Origin: Archaeoglobus sp. JdFR-37
GTDB taxonomy: Archaea; Halobacteriota; Archaeoglobi; Archaeoglobales; Archaeoglobaceae
Length of the DNA: 64,000 nt
Assembly: GCA_002010215.1 (NCBI GenBank)
Contig: MTMY01000002.1
Location: 9,728-73,727 of the forward strand
Reading direction: 5' to 3'
How positions within the stretch are numbered: position 1 is the stretch's first letter; every line of letters starts with the position of its first letter. Below are positions 17,337 to 25,742 of this stretch, in pieces. Below the pieces are notes generated by a model. That model ran no database searches. It was given only the letters and a program-made list of their open reading frames with translations, and was not told the DNA's origin. Position numbers and translations under genes: made by a program.

Positions 17337-17624
17337 ATGCCGGGTAAAAACCGGAAATTTCGCCACTTCATGGGGATGAGGTTTGATGAGGCAGTAAATT
17401 TTTTCATTAAAACACTCGAGAAAATGGGGTTCATCGTTGAAGATCTGGACGCTGACGGAGAGCTCATTAGAGCTCATAAAGGAGAGATCGTAGTGTCCAT
17501 ACGCTTCAAACAGCTCCAGAACGCATTTATGCACATACCCCGAACGGAAGTTCTTATAGAAGCGCCAGAATATGTTCATGACACCATCAAGCAGCATATA
17601 ATGCGATCAAAGGCTGGCGGTTGA
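17337..17624 (+). CDS. Hypothetical protein (95 aa)
   Basis: ATG at 17337 preceded by TATA-like TTTAAAA. No recognisable family. Confidence 0.35.
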   Translation: MPGKNRKFRHFMGMRFDEAVNFFIKTLEKMGFIVEDLDADGELIRAHKGEIVVSIRFKQLQNAFMHIPRTEVLIEAPEYVHDTIKQHIMRSKAGG

Positions 17625-18170
17625 ATCGGATTTGTTCCCGATTCTAACGGCATACAGCTCCTCAAAAAAGAGTTTTTTCCTTGCCATGATTCTGTAGTCA
17701 AAGCCCTCCTCACGAATGACTCTGAACACTTTATCGGAAGTGTGGGAAGAAACTATGACTATTGCCCGCCCCTTATTGCTCATCACCTGCCTTAAGCCCG
17801 TAATGAACCTCGTCAAGACCTCAATTCCACCTTTCCCACCATCAATTGCTTTTTCCAGCCAGTCACCCCTCTTTTCCCAATCTTCCAGCTCGAGATAAGG
17901 TGGATTGAACAGAATAAGGCTGAACTTCCTGCATATTCCTGTGAAGAGGTCTGTTCGTATCACTTCTAACCCTTCTCTTTTCGCCGATTTAACGGCCAGG
18001 GGGGAAATGTCAGTTGTAACAATCTCCCTGCAATGCCCCTTAAGACATGCCGCAACGTATCCGCTTCCCGTACCCACTTCCAGAACCTCGTCATCGTCTT
18101 TTATTTCCATAAGGGCTACCTCTAGCAGAAGCTGGGAATCTTCGCCGGGAGGATAAACGCTCTCTTCCAA
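17607..18170 (-). CDS. HemK-related N5-glutamine methyltransferase (Mtq2/PrmC-like)
   Basis: VYPPGEDSQLL N-terminus, SAM motif VLEVGTGSGYV and catalytic NPPY. Confidence 0.75.
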   Translation of the reverse strand: MEESVYPPGEDSQLLLEVALMEIKDDDEVLEVGTGSGYVAACLKGHCREIVTTDISPLAVKSAKREGLEVIRTDLFTGICRKFSLILFNPPYLELEDWEKRGDWLEKAIDGGKGGIEVLTRFITGLRQVMSNKGRAIVIVSSHTSDKVFRVIREEGFDYRIMARKKLFFEELYAVRIGNKSDSTASL

Positions 18171-18183
18171 TTCGCCCGCCCCC

Positions 18184-18942
18184 TTATATCACAGCTGAAT
18201 CGCTCAGCTCCGCAAAGGTTTCCGGACTTACCTGCTCCGGCCTCAAATCCCTGAGCCTCTCTGGCAAATCAATGGTCACTCCTTTTAGCTTGCAGAATTC
18301 CTCGACGCTCTTTCCGAGCTTCTTCCTCCGTCTGCTGAACAGGAAAGTTACGAAGTCCTCAAACAGCTCTCTGTTCTCCACCTTCAGCTCTGGCTCAGGG
18401 TAGAGTTTAACGATGGCTGAGTTCACCTTTGGTCTCGGTATAAAAGCCCATCTGGGGACGCTTTCGACTATTTCAGCTCTGCAGTATGATCTGGCAACTA
18501 CACTGAGCCTTCCGTAATCCTTGCTTCCCGGTCTGGCCACAAGTCTTCGGGCAAATTCCATCTGATACATCACCACAGCAATCTGAAAACGGCTTTTAAG
18601 GAGTTTGAAGGTAAGAGGAGAGGAAATCTTGTAGGGTATGTTGGATACGAACTTATCAAACCGTGGGAAGTCAATCCTCAGGGCATCAGCGTGGATGATT
18701 TCGAATCTGCCACCTTCGATAAACCCTGAGAACTTTCTTTTCAACAACTCCACCATTCTGGAGTCAATTTCGATTCCTATAACCTTCCCGGCTTTTCTCA
18801 GCAGGTAGGCTGTGAGGTTCCCCGTACCGCATCCGACTTCCAGAACGGCATCATCAGCTGAGAGCTCCGCATAACGTGTGATCCTCCTCAAAACGCCCCT
18901 GTCGACAAGAATGTGCTGGGATTTTCCTTTAAAAAGCTTCAT
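18184..18942 (-). CDS. rsmA: 16S rRNA (adenine-N6,N6)-dimethyltransferase KsgA/Dim1
   Basis: QHILVD start region, SAM motif [12 protein letters not shown] and NIPY motif. About 250 aa. Confidence 0.9.
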   Translation of the reverse strand: MKLFKGKSQHILVDRGVLRRITRYAELSADDAVLEVGCGTGNLTAYLLRKAGKVIGIEIDSRMVELLKRKFSGFIEGGRFEIIHADALRIDFPRFDKFVSNIPYKISSPLTFKLLKSRFQIAVVMYQMEFARRLVARPGSKDYGRLSVVARSYCRAEIVESVPRWAFIPRPKVNSAIVKLYPEPELKVENRELFEDFVTFLFSRRRKKLGKSVEEFCKLKGVTIDLPERLRDLRPEQVSPETFAELSDSAVI

Positions 18943-18964
18943 GGTCTTTTCAGTGTATAATGGT

Positions 18965-19552
18965 TCACGCAGTAAACAGACGGTATTTTATGTTGGGCTG
19001 CCTCAGCTCCTCGATTATCCTGTTTACAATGAGCTTTTCTGGATGCTGAAGCCCTTTTACCCTCTTTGAAATGTCTTCAAAGTTCTTAAAGGGCTCCTTT
19101 TTCCTCTCATCAAGTATGGCCCACATGGTCTTCTTGCCGATTCCCGGAAGGAGCTCAAGCTGGTGTAGACGGGTTGTTATGGACTCAGATTTGTTGAAGA
19201 ATTCCACAAACCTCTCTTCCTGCTGCTTCACGATGTGCTCCAGAACGAAGGGGAGTTCACTCCTGGCTGCAGGGGTAAGATCATCATACCTCAGCCTTCT
19301 CTTTATCTTGTGTACAGCATCTCTCTCCCCTTTACCGATATAAAGTCTGTCCATAACCAAGGGATTCGCATCCTTCTTCAGGCTGACTTCGAGAAGGGTG
19401 AAGTATTTGTCCCCCACAACCTGGGCCAGGGGTTCACGCCTGTGCAATGGGCGCTTGTCATCAGGGTGACCATATGGCATGAAATCAAGTACGTAGGCGT
19501 AATCTTCCATCCGCTCTCTGTCTCTTTCCCTGACCCTGGCCTTTCCCTCCAT
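18965..19552 (-). CDS. DUF655-type RNA-binding protein with helix-hairpin-helix
   Basis: Occupies the conserved archaeal position between ksgA and rpo[22 protein letters not shown] HhH-like segment. Confidence 0.65.
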   Translation of the reverse strand: MEGKARVRERDRERMEDYAYVLDFMPYGHPDDKRPLHRREPLAQVVGDKYFTLLEVSLKKDANPLVMDRLYIGKGERDAVHKIKRRLRYDDLTPAARSELPFVLEHIVKQQEERFVEFFNKSESITTRLHQLELLPGIGKKTMWAILDERKKEPFKNFEDISKRVKGLQHPEKLIVNRIIEELRQPNIKYRLFTA

Positions 19553-19650
19553 TCGCTCATCTCCCGAAAAGATTATCTTGAAAAACTATTTAATTCTTTC
19601 TTCAAAACTCAAGTACATTTTCCCATCGAAAACACGCTGTCAGTCCCGTT

Positions 19651-20010
19651 TTATCTGTATTTGTCAATAACGTCCAGAATCTCCTGAATCTGCTCAGCAG
19701 TCACGGTATACCTTTCCTTTGCATAAATTGTCCTGATCTCATCGGGAACGGAAGGCATTATGTCAACTAGCTTTACAGCCAGATCTCTCCTGCCAACCTG
19801 GGGGAGTTTCATTAGCTCCTCAACAAGCTCTCTTGCTCTATCGGCAGGAAGTTTGGAAAATTTTCTGAGGTGGAGAAGGGCTCTCCTGGTCTCAAAAAGC
19901 AGTTCACTTCTTTCCTTCCTCTTTTCAGCTATTTCCTCCAGGATATCTTTAGCTTCAGATATGGTAATATATTCGAATTCGATAATCTCCTTAAAGGACA
20001 TAAAAAACAC
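19651..20010 (-). CDS. rpoF: DNA-directed RNA polymerase subunit F (Rpo4)
   Basis: About 115 aa helical protein in the conserved rpl21e-rpoF-DUF655-ksgA cluster, with an Rpb4-like C-terminal region. Confidence 0.8.
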   Translation of the reverse strand: MFFMSFKEIIEFEYITISEAKDILEEIAEKRKERSELLFETRRALLHLRKFSKLPADRARELVEELMKLPQVGRRDLAVKLVDIMPSVPDEIRTIYAKERYTVTAEQIQEILDVIDKYR

Positions 20011-20012
20011 CT

Positions 20013-20312
20013 TTATCCTGCCGGTTTCAGGTGTTCGGGTCTCACAATCAGAGTTTTGTATTTGCCACCATCCCTGATTTGAACCAGGTATGCTCTCCCC
20101 CTCTGGCCGATGACCTTCCCTGTCCTTCCCTGAAAACGGGGATGGGGCATTCCTTTGTGAACACCCGAATCAATATCGATGTGAACCATCTGTCCAATCT
20201 CAAAGGTTTGCAGAGCCTTGGCTATAGATATTCTCTTCTCCCTCACATGTTTTCTGAGTTTCCTACCGGATTTAATTCGTAAACCGTGTGATTTCCAGCC
20301 CATTGACGTCAC
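20013..20312 (-). CDS. rpl21e: 50S ribosomal protein L21e
   Basis: SHGLRIKSGRKLRKHVREK...GMPHPRFQGRTGKV is characteristic of L21e. GTG start. Confidence 0.9.
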   Translation of the reverse strand: MTSMGWKSHGLRIKSGRKLRKHVREKRISIAKALQTFEIGQMVHIDIDSGVHKGMPHPRFQGRTGKVIGQRGRAYLVQIRDGGKYKTLIVRPEHLKPAG

Positions 20313-20340
20313 CTCGACTTGCTCAGCAAGAATACCTGAA

Positions 20341-20353
20341 TGGATATTTAAGA
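20341..20353 (-). promoter_or_regulatory. Putative BRE/TATA promoter box of rpl21e (TCTTAAATATCCA on minus strand)
   Basis: Same 13-mer as upstream of the 5S rRNA, about 30-35 nt upstream of the rpl21e start. Confidence 0.5.
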
Positions 20354-20512
20354 CTTCCCATGATAAGTTGTGCCTTTAGTTCTGCCGTAGTTTTGCTGTT
20401 ACAATATATTCCTTTAACTCCTATATTCTTCTAACCTCCCCATCTTCAGCCAGCTTCCCCCATCTCCCATATCTCCTCTATCCCCCATATCTCCCTCGTC
20501 CTACCTACTTTC

Positions 20513-21214
20513 TCAATCTCTCTTCATACTTCTCAGCCTGCCCCAAGAAAATATCAATATCCAGCCTCCCAGCAGTAAAACTTTTCTGATTGCCGGCATC
20601 GAATCCCAAAGCACGGCTTTCCAGGAATCGTAATATGTCTTCAAATCAACCAGCTCTGGCAGTTTCCACCTTCCGTCAGAGTATATGGCTGTCTTTGGAT
20701 TTTCATATTTTTTCGTGAACTCGTTCTCCTCCTTACCCGGATAATCAACCCAGAAGTGGACAGGAGATATGTGGAAAGAATACGGCACACCTTTTTCTTC
20801 AAGAATTGCTGCAAGCAGTATAGCCCGGCTTTTACAATCGCCTTTCCTCTTTTCTACAACTTCTGCAGGGGTGGGAAAATACCAAGGAACTCCATATACA
20901 TTGAAATCGTAGTCGTATTTTACATACCCTACAACGAACTCCTCTATTTTCCTGGGATTTGAGGGTAGTCGGTTCATTTGTTCCCACTTTTCCACTGGTA
21001 GAGGGTGTTCAGAGCTTACTGGTGGGTTGAAAAGTCTGTAAACACTCTCAGTTAGAAGGAGGGGATTGGGATAAAGCACCAGTAAAGTCCAGATGAGGGC
21101 GAGAAGGATTTTTCTCCTCAACCTCACATGCCGAATAATCCATCGCGAGGCAAAAAGGTTTTGGGGTGGTGAGGTAAGAGAGGACGGGGAAAAATATCCT
21201 AGGAGAGAAGGCAT
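20513..21214 (-). CDS. Membrane protein with transglutaminase-like (papain-fold) cysteine protease core
   Basis: KGDCKSRAILLAAILEEKG (Cys), then a downstream HFWVDY (His/Asp candidates), plus N- and C-terminal TM helices. A likelier start is GTG 21127 ((M)RLRRKILLALIW), which leaves an 87-bp divergent promoter region. Confidence 0.5.
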   Translation of the reverse strand: MPSLLGYFSPSSLTSPPQNLFASRWIIRHVRLRRKILLALIWTLLVLYPNPLLLTESVYRLFNPPVSSEHPLPVEKWEQMNRLPSNPRKIEEFVVGYVKYDYDFNVYGVPWYFPTPAEVVEKRKGDCKSRAILLAAILEEKGVPYSFHISPVHFWVDYPGKEENEFTKKYENPKTAIYSDGRWKLPELVDLKTYYDSWKAVLWDSMPAIRKVLLLGGWILIFSWGRLRSMKRD

Positions 21215-22174
21215 ATGCTAAAATCCACCAATCTAATCCTCCGGGGACTAGGACAGCATGTACGTGGGAGACCGGTTATCCTTGCACATACAATCAATGC
21301 CGAATGTAATCTGAAGTGTCCTTTCTGCCCCTTCTGGAGGAGAAAAGGAGAGGAGATGTCGAAGGAGGAGATTTTTGAGTTCCTAAGGAAATGCAGAGAC
21401 TTCGGCATCACTGTTTACAACGTCTGGAGTACCGAGCCCCTTCTGAGAGAGGATTTAGGAGAGTGCTTGAGGTTTGCGAAATCCCTCGGAATGGTAACGT
21501 TTGTCATAACCAACGGCACTCTGCTGAAGAAAAAGCTGGAGGAGCTCAGATACTGCGACTATTTGGCTGTCTCAATTGATGGGATGAAAAGCTACCAAGA
21601 GCTCAGAGGTGGAAATCTGGATGAGGTACTGGAAGGAATCGTCATGGCTAAAAATGCCGGAATACGCATTTCCATCAACTGCGTCCTGAATGGCATGAAT
21701 CTGGATGAAGTGGACGAGCTTGTAAGGCTTGCCGAAAATCTGGGAGTTGGCATCCTTTTTGAGCCCGTGCATGAATACGGGAGCATTCCCGATACTGTCT
21801 GGGAGGAAATAGGAATAAGGAACCAAGACAAATACGTAAAGACGGTCGACAGGATAATAGAAATGAAAAGACATGGGAAGCCCATACTCAACTCCTTTGC
21901 GTACCTGAGAATTATTCGCAATCTGAAACCCGAGTTCAGATGCAGAGTGAATGAGGTGATACTCCACCTGGGATTGAATGGGAAAATTGAGAGCTGTTCA
22001 GGGGTTATAGGAGATTTCAGAGATGACCTGGATGAATTATGGAGTTCGTGGAGAAGAGAGGCAAAAAGTCTGGCAGAAGACTGTGAGGGCTGCCTTTTTT
22101 CCGGATACGTAGAGACAAGCCTGCTTTTCAACTTCAATTTGAGGGTTATGTGGAACTACCTGAGGTGGCTGTAA
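21215..22174 (+). CDS. Radical SAM enzyme with C-terminal Cys-rich (SPASM/twitch-like) extension
   Basis: CNLKCPFC (Cx3Cx2C) cluster motif. C-terminal cysteines in FRCRV..., ESCSG and DCEGC. Confidence 0.85.
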   Translation: MLKSTNLILRGLGQHVRGRPVILAHTINAECNLKCPFCPFWRRKGEEMSKEEIFEFLRKCRDFGITVYNVWSTEPLLREDLGECLRFAKSLGMVTFVITNGTLLKKKLEELRYCDYLAVSIDGMKSYQELRGGNLDEVLEGIVMAKNAGIRISINCVLNGMNLDEVDELVRLAENLGVGILFEPVHEYGSIPDTVWEEIGIRNQDKYVKTVDRIIEMKRHGKPILNSFAYLRIIRNLKPEFRCRVNEVILHLGLNGKIESCSGVIGDFRDDLDELWSSWRREAKSLAEDCEGCLFSGYVETSLLFNFNLRVMWNYLRWL

Positions 22175-22184
22175 CAGCTGGGAA

Positions 22185-24038
22185 CTATCTGATCACCTCA
22201 TAAATCCTTATCCAGCCTTCTTTGTAAACAAGCTGGAGCCTGGTGGAATTTCTGACAACATTGAGGATTCTGGAATTGTAAATCTCCTCAATGCCCACGT
22301 AAACGTAATCGACCCCGTATTTCTCCAGAACCCTGTCCATATCATCGGGATTGTTGAATGCTGCCTTCACGTCCTCCACTCTTTCCCATATTTTATCTAC
22401 CTTTACTCCATGTCCGTAAGCCCAGTTTGCGTACCCCAAAACCCTCAATCTCCCTCCGATCATTGTAGGAGGAGAATGGATAGATGGCCAAGTCAGGAAT
22501 ACGGCTTTTTCTGGCGTATTTTCCCTCACCCACATCCCGGCCTGAAGCTCATCCTTGCTGGCAGCCCCGTAATCCGTGAGGTTCCAGAGGACGACGTTCA
22601 GTGTTGAGAGTGTAGAGAGGACCAGCAGAACGGGAATGACAATCCTGAATCTTCTGATGGTTGCCAAGAACTGCCCGGATAAAACGCTCAGCGGAATCCA
22701 AGCTATGAGGAAGAACTTGTACATATCCCAGGGATTCGGGGTGAAAGAAGGTAGAAAAGAAAAGAGGAGCATTACCGTCATCCACAAAGCCATCAGCTTC
22801 CATCTTTCAACCTTTACCACCATCGCAGCCAGAGCCATGATTAGCGGCAAGCCCAGATTTGCGAGATAGTGCAGAACAAAGTTCCCTCGAACGTATTCGA
22901 TGACCCAGGGCTTCTTGAATTCCGCACCGGATGACAAAAAACCCAGATGAGGTATAAAAAGGAGGACAAAAACGGCAAAGGGGAGCAGGAGCCTCAATTC
23001 TTTTTTCAGATCGTGCAATCCTACGAAAGCCGAGAGATAAATTGCAATGAAGACCAGAATGGAGAAGGTTGAGAGGACATGGAACGGCAGCAGCAGTCCG
23101 GTAATTATTCCCGAAAGCAGGATGTGATTCCTTTTCTTCTCCTCATAGCCTGAAATAAAGAAGTAAATTGCGAAGACCAGTCCCGGCAGTCCCACAAGCA
23201 GCGGTCTCTGCTGCAATAGATTGTCCAGGATAGGAGGGAGATTCAACAGCCCGTCGTAATCCATAACGTAACTCTGCTTTGGGTCGAAAGTTCCGGAAAG
23301 TATCGCATCAAACAGCCATAAATATGTAAAACCCCATCCAAAGACGGCAATAATTCCTGAATAAAGTGCTGCTGTTCTGGATGATACTTTGAGGGTGAGT
23401 GCATACACACTGAGGAAAAAGAGCGGGAAAAAGAGGGAGTTAAGGTAAAGCATCAGCCTTGGCTGGTAACCCAGAGGTTTCTCCAGAATGGCAGTATGAA
23501 GGCCCACGAAGTAGTGGTAGCGAAGAGGGCGGCCGGCAAAAGACGGTTCCTGAGGCGGAAAGTTCCCGTTGTTTATGCTTTCGACGATTTCGTAGTGATA
23601 GGGGGTATCCTGCCAGTTTGAACCGGTGAGGACGATGTAATCTCCCTTATCGTACCATAGGCTGTGATATAGAAGGGCGAATGAAAATAAAAAGAGAATG
23701 AGAAAAACCGCTCCTTCAACCACCTCTTTTCTTGTAATTTCCGGCCTTTTAGCCAGCAGTGCGGGAAGTAAAAGCATGAAGACGGAGATTTTCAGTGTTG
23801 CCAGCGAATACCCCATGAGAAGGGAGAGCAGAAATATCAGCTGGGTAGATACCAGAACGCTCATAAGAATGTACAGCGCCAATTTCCCTGAAACATCTCT
23901 GAAATACCTCTCCACAATCAGGTAGCCGGGCACAAAGATGGTGGATAGAAGGAGTGAAATGAAGAGGGCGGTGTTTGACAGGGTTGAGATTATTAGAAGG
24001 GTTGCCAGCAGGACGATTTTGAGATGGTGACTAAACAT
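22185..24038 (-). CDS. Large polytopic membrane protein, GT-C-type (ArnT/PMT-like) glycosyltransferase candidate
   Basis: 617 aa with more than 10 TM helices, an extracytoplasmic loop TPYHYEIVESINNGNFPPQEPSFAGRPLRYHYF and a soluble C-terminal domain. The family assignment is tentative. Confidence 0.45.
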   Translation of the reverse strand: MFSHHLKIVLLATLLIISTLSNTALFISLLLSTIFVPGYLIVERYFRDVSGKLALYILMSVLVSTQLIFLLSLLMGYSLATLKISVFMLLLPALLAKRPEITRKEVVEGAVFLILFLFSFALLYHSLWYDKGDYIVLTGSNWQDTPYHYEIVESINNGNFPPQEPSFAGRPLRYHYFVGLHTAILEKPLGYQPRLMLYLNSLFFPLFFLSVYALTLKVSSRTAALYSGIIAVFGWGFTYLWLFDAILSGTFDPKQSYVMDYDGLLNLPPILDNLLQQRPLLVGLPGLVFAIYFFISGYEEKKRNHILLSGIITGLLLPFHVLSTFSILVFIAIYLSAFVGLHDLKKELRLLLPFAVFVLLFIPHLGFLSSGAEFKKPWVIEYVRGNFVLHYLANLGLPLIMALAAMVVKVERWKLMALWMTVMLLFSFLPSFTPNPWDMYKFFLIAWIPLSVLSGQFLATIRRFRIVIPVLLVLSTLSTLNVVLWNLTDYGAASKDELQAGMWVRENTPEKAVFLTWPSIHSPPTMIGGRLRVLGYANWAYGHGVKVDKIWERVEDVKAAFNNPDDMDRVLEKYGVDYVYVGIEEIYNSRILNVVRNSTRLQLVYKEGWIRIYEVIR

Positions 24039-24080
24039 ATTTGTTAATTAAAAAATTTTGAATATAAATTTTTTGTTAGG

Positions 24081-24563
24081 CTACTCTATCCAGGTCGTGA
24101 GCCAGTAGAAGCCGTTGATTATTTCCAATTTTTGTTTCATCGGGGTAGCGTTCACTGGTTCCACAGTAGGCACATCGTTGTTCCACTTAATTGGCCACCA
24201 TTTGTAGCCATCATAATAATATAGATACATGTTTTTGAACGTATTTTCACCACAGGGTTGAAACTGGCTGGCAGTTCCAGCAAAAGCTTCATGAGATACG
24301 TCAGCTTTGTTATAGATATCCAAACCAACTAAACCCTGTCTTTTTAGATTGCCATCCCAATACATATAAACCAGTGATTTAGTCGAGGTATATGGGTAAA
24401 ATATTATTTCAACGGTATGTTGACCGGTAGTTGTAGTCGAGTGGGCTTGGAACGGTTCAGTTGCATCACCTATAACCGTAAATACAGTGTGCTGAGGAAA
24501 CTCTCGCCAATCCCTCACCACACCAATTTCTACCCATGTGTCGACCCCATATTGACCACCCAT
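24081..24563 (-). CDS. Hypothetical Trp/Tyr-rich beta-type domain protein with no signal peptide of its own; possibly the 3' part of a frameshifted gene
   Basis: Overlaps the upstream ORF by 34 nt in another frame. Contains an N-glycosylation sequon (NAT) but has no export signal. Confidence 0.4.
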   Translation of the reverse strand: MGGQYGVDTWVEIGVVRDWREFPQHTVFTVIGDATEPFQAHSTTTTGQHTVEIIFYPYTSTKSLVYMYWDGNLKRQGLVGLDIYNKADVSHEAFAGTASQFQPCGENTFKNMYLYYYDGYKWWPIKWNNDVPTVEPVNATPMKQKLEIINGFYWLTTWIE

Positions 24564-25075
24564 ATGGGTGGGGTTAAATAGTGTCTATGTGTTCCACTTT
24601 CTGAGACGCTCAAATCGCCGACATCAATTGTTAGATAAATTCTAGAGAAATCTTCATTGATGGTTTGCATTGTAACACTTCTTTTCTCATCTGCAGCTAT
24701 AATTACCTCTCCCCCATTCTTCTTCCAAAGATTGTCATGAGGTGGTTGTTCTGCCAGCGCTTTTTGCATTCGTTTCATCACTTCTGGTGAGAATTCCGAA
24801 TAAACATACTCCTTTCCTCCTGAAAGATAGCCCTTGATAAGGTCCTCTGCGTACTTGTCACCGAGTTGCTCTTTTGCAGCTCTTATTGCCATCTCTGCCT
24901 TGAGAATCTCCTCATTAGTTAAGCCCTGTCCTTTTAGTGCTTTTCTGACTTCATTAATCTTCTTTTCAAATAACCTGTTGCTCTCAACGCTGTCAACAGT
25001 ATACGCTAATGCAGATGCTGTTAGTACCAACATCGCCACCAAACCTACAACAAAATTCCTAAGCTGCATAAACAC
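24530..25075 (-). CDS. Hypothetical secreted/anchored protein (signal peptide plus helical domain); possibly the 5' part of a frameshifted gene
   Basis: N-terminal hydrophobic signal VGLVAMLVLTASALA. The ORF ends 34 nt after the next ORF's ATG. Confidence 0.45.
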   Translation of the reverse strand: MFMQLRNFVVGLVAMLVLTASALAYTVDSVESNRLFEKKINEVRKALKGQGLTNEEILKAEMAIRAAKEQLGDKYAEDLIKGYLSGGKEYVYSEFSPEVMKRMQKALAEQPPHDNLWKKNGGEVIIAADEKRSVTMQTINEDFSRIYLTIDVGDLSVSESGTHRHYLTPPIWVVNMGSTHG

Positions 25076-25188
25076 ATTATGAAAAACAGATATAAAATTA
25101 TTTGTATTTTGGTAGGTTTTACCCTAACAAAATTTAGATTTGCCTAATTACCAAAACCTATTTTAATTCTTGTTATATTTTAAAGATT

Positions 25189-25698
25189 ATGGAAATCATT
25201 AAATTTGATACAAAAAGTTTTTACGCTCTATCCTCTGAAAATAGAATCAAAATACTTAAAACTCTGAAATCCAAGCGTATGACTCTTTCTGAACTGTCAA
25301 GAGAATTGAATTTATCCAAAACGTGTGTTAAAGAACATCTTGATGTATTAATAGACACAGGATTTATTAAAAAACTAGATGAAGAAAACAGAAAATGGGT
25401 TTACTATGAACTGACAGATAAAGGCGAGAAAGTTGTAAAAAATAATATAATAAAAATTTATATTGTAATCATGTTTTCCGCATTAATCATAGGTTCAGGG
25501 CTATATGAGCTAAATAAATATATAAAATCTATAGAAATAAAATCTATATCAACTCCTACCCCCACACCCATACCAACTACAACACCAATACCTTCAACAC
25601 CTCCCCTACCAGCAGAAGCCCATATAATTGCAGGAGTGATTTTATTAATAACTGGATTGTTCCTTTTGTCCAGAATATACTCCCAAAGGAAATTATGA
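25189..25698 (+). CDS. Membrane-anchored ArsR-family winged-helix transcription regulator
   Basis: ArsR-like wHTH (NRIKILKTL...MTLSELSRELNLSKTCVKEHLDVL), then a TM helix, the Pro/Thr linker TPTPTPIPTTTPIPSTPPLP and a second TM helix. Low-GC gene. Confidence 0.7.
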   Translation: MEIIKFDTKSFYALSSENRIKILKTLKSKRMTLSELSRELNLSKTCVKEHLDVLIDTGFIKKLDEENRKWVYYELTDKGEKVVKNNIIKIYIVIMFSALIIGSGLYELNKYIKSIEIKSISTPTPTPIPTTTPIPSTPPLPAEAHIIAGVILLITGLFLLSRIYSQRKL

Positions 25699-25742
25699 TT
25701 TCCATAGAACTTACAAGACTTCCTTTTTCTTTCTACTGCTTT

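Noticed and set aside
20414-20505. Purine-rich repeats (GGAGATATGGG x2 on the minus strand) that form a 24-codon ORF, MGDRGDMGDGGSWLKMGRLEEYRS, downstream of the transglutaminase-like gene. I considered this as a possible precursor peptide for the nearby radical SAM enzyme.
   Set aside because: The ORF is very short, is generated by the repeat itself, has no Cys/Ser/Thr-rich core typical of SPASM substrates, and has only 2-3 nt between the RBS-like element and the ATG. I cannot support it without conservation or expression data.
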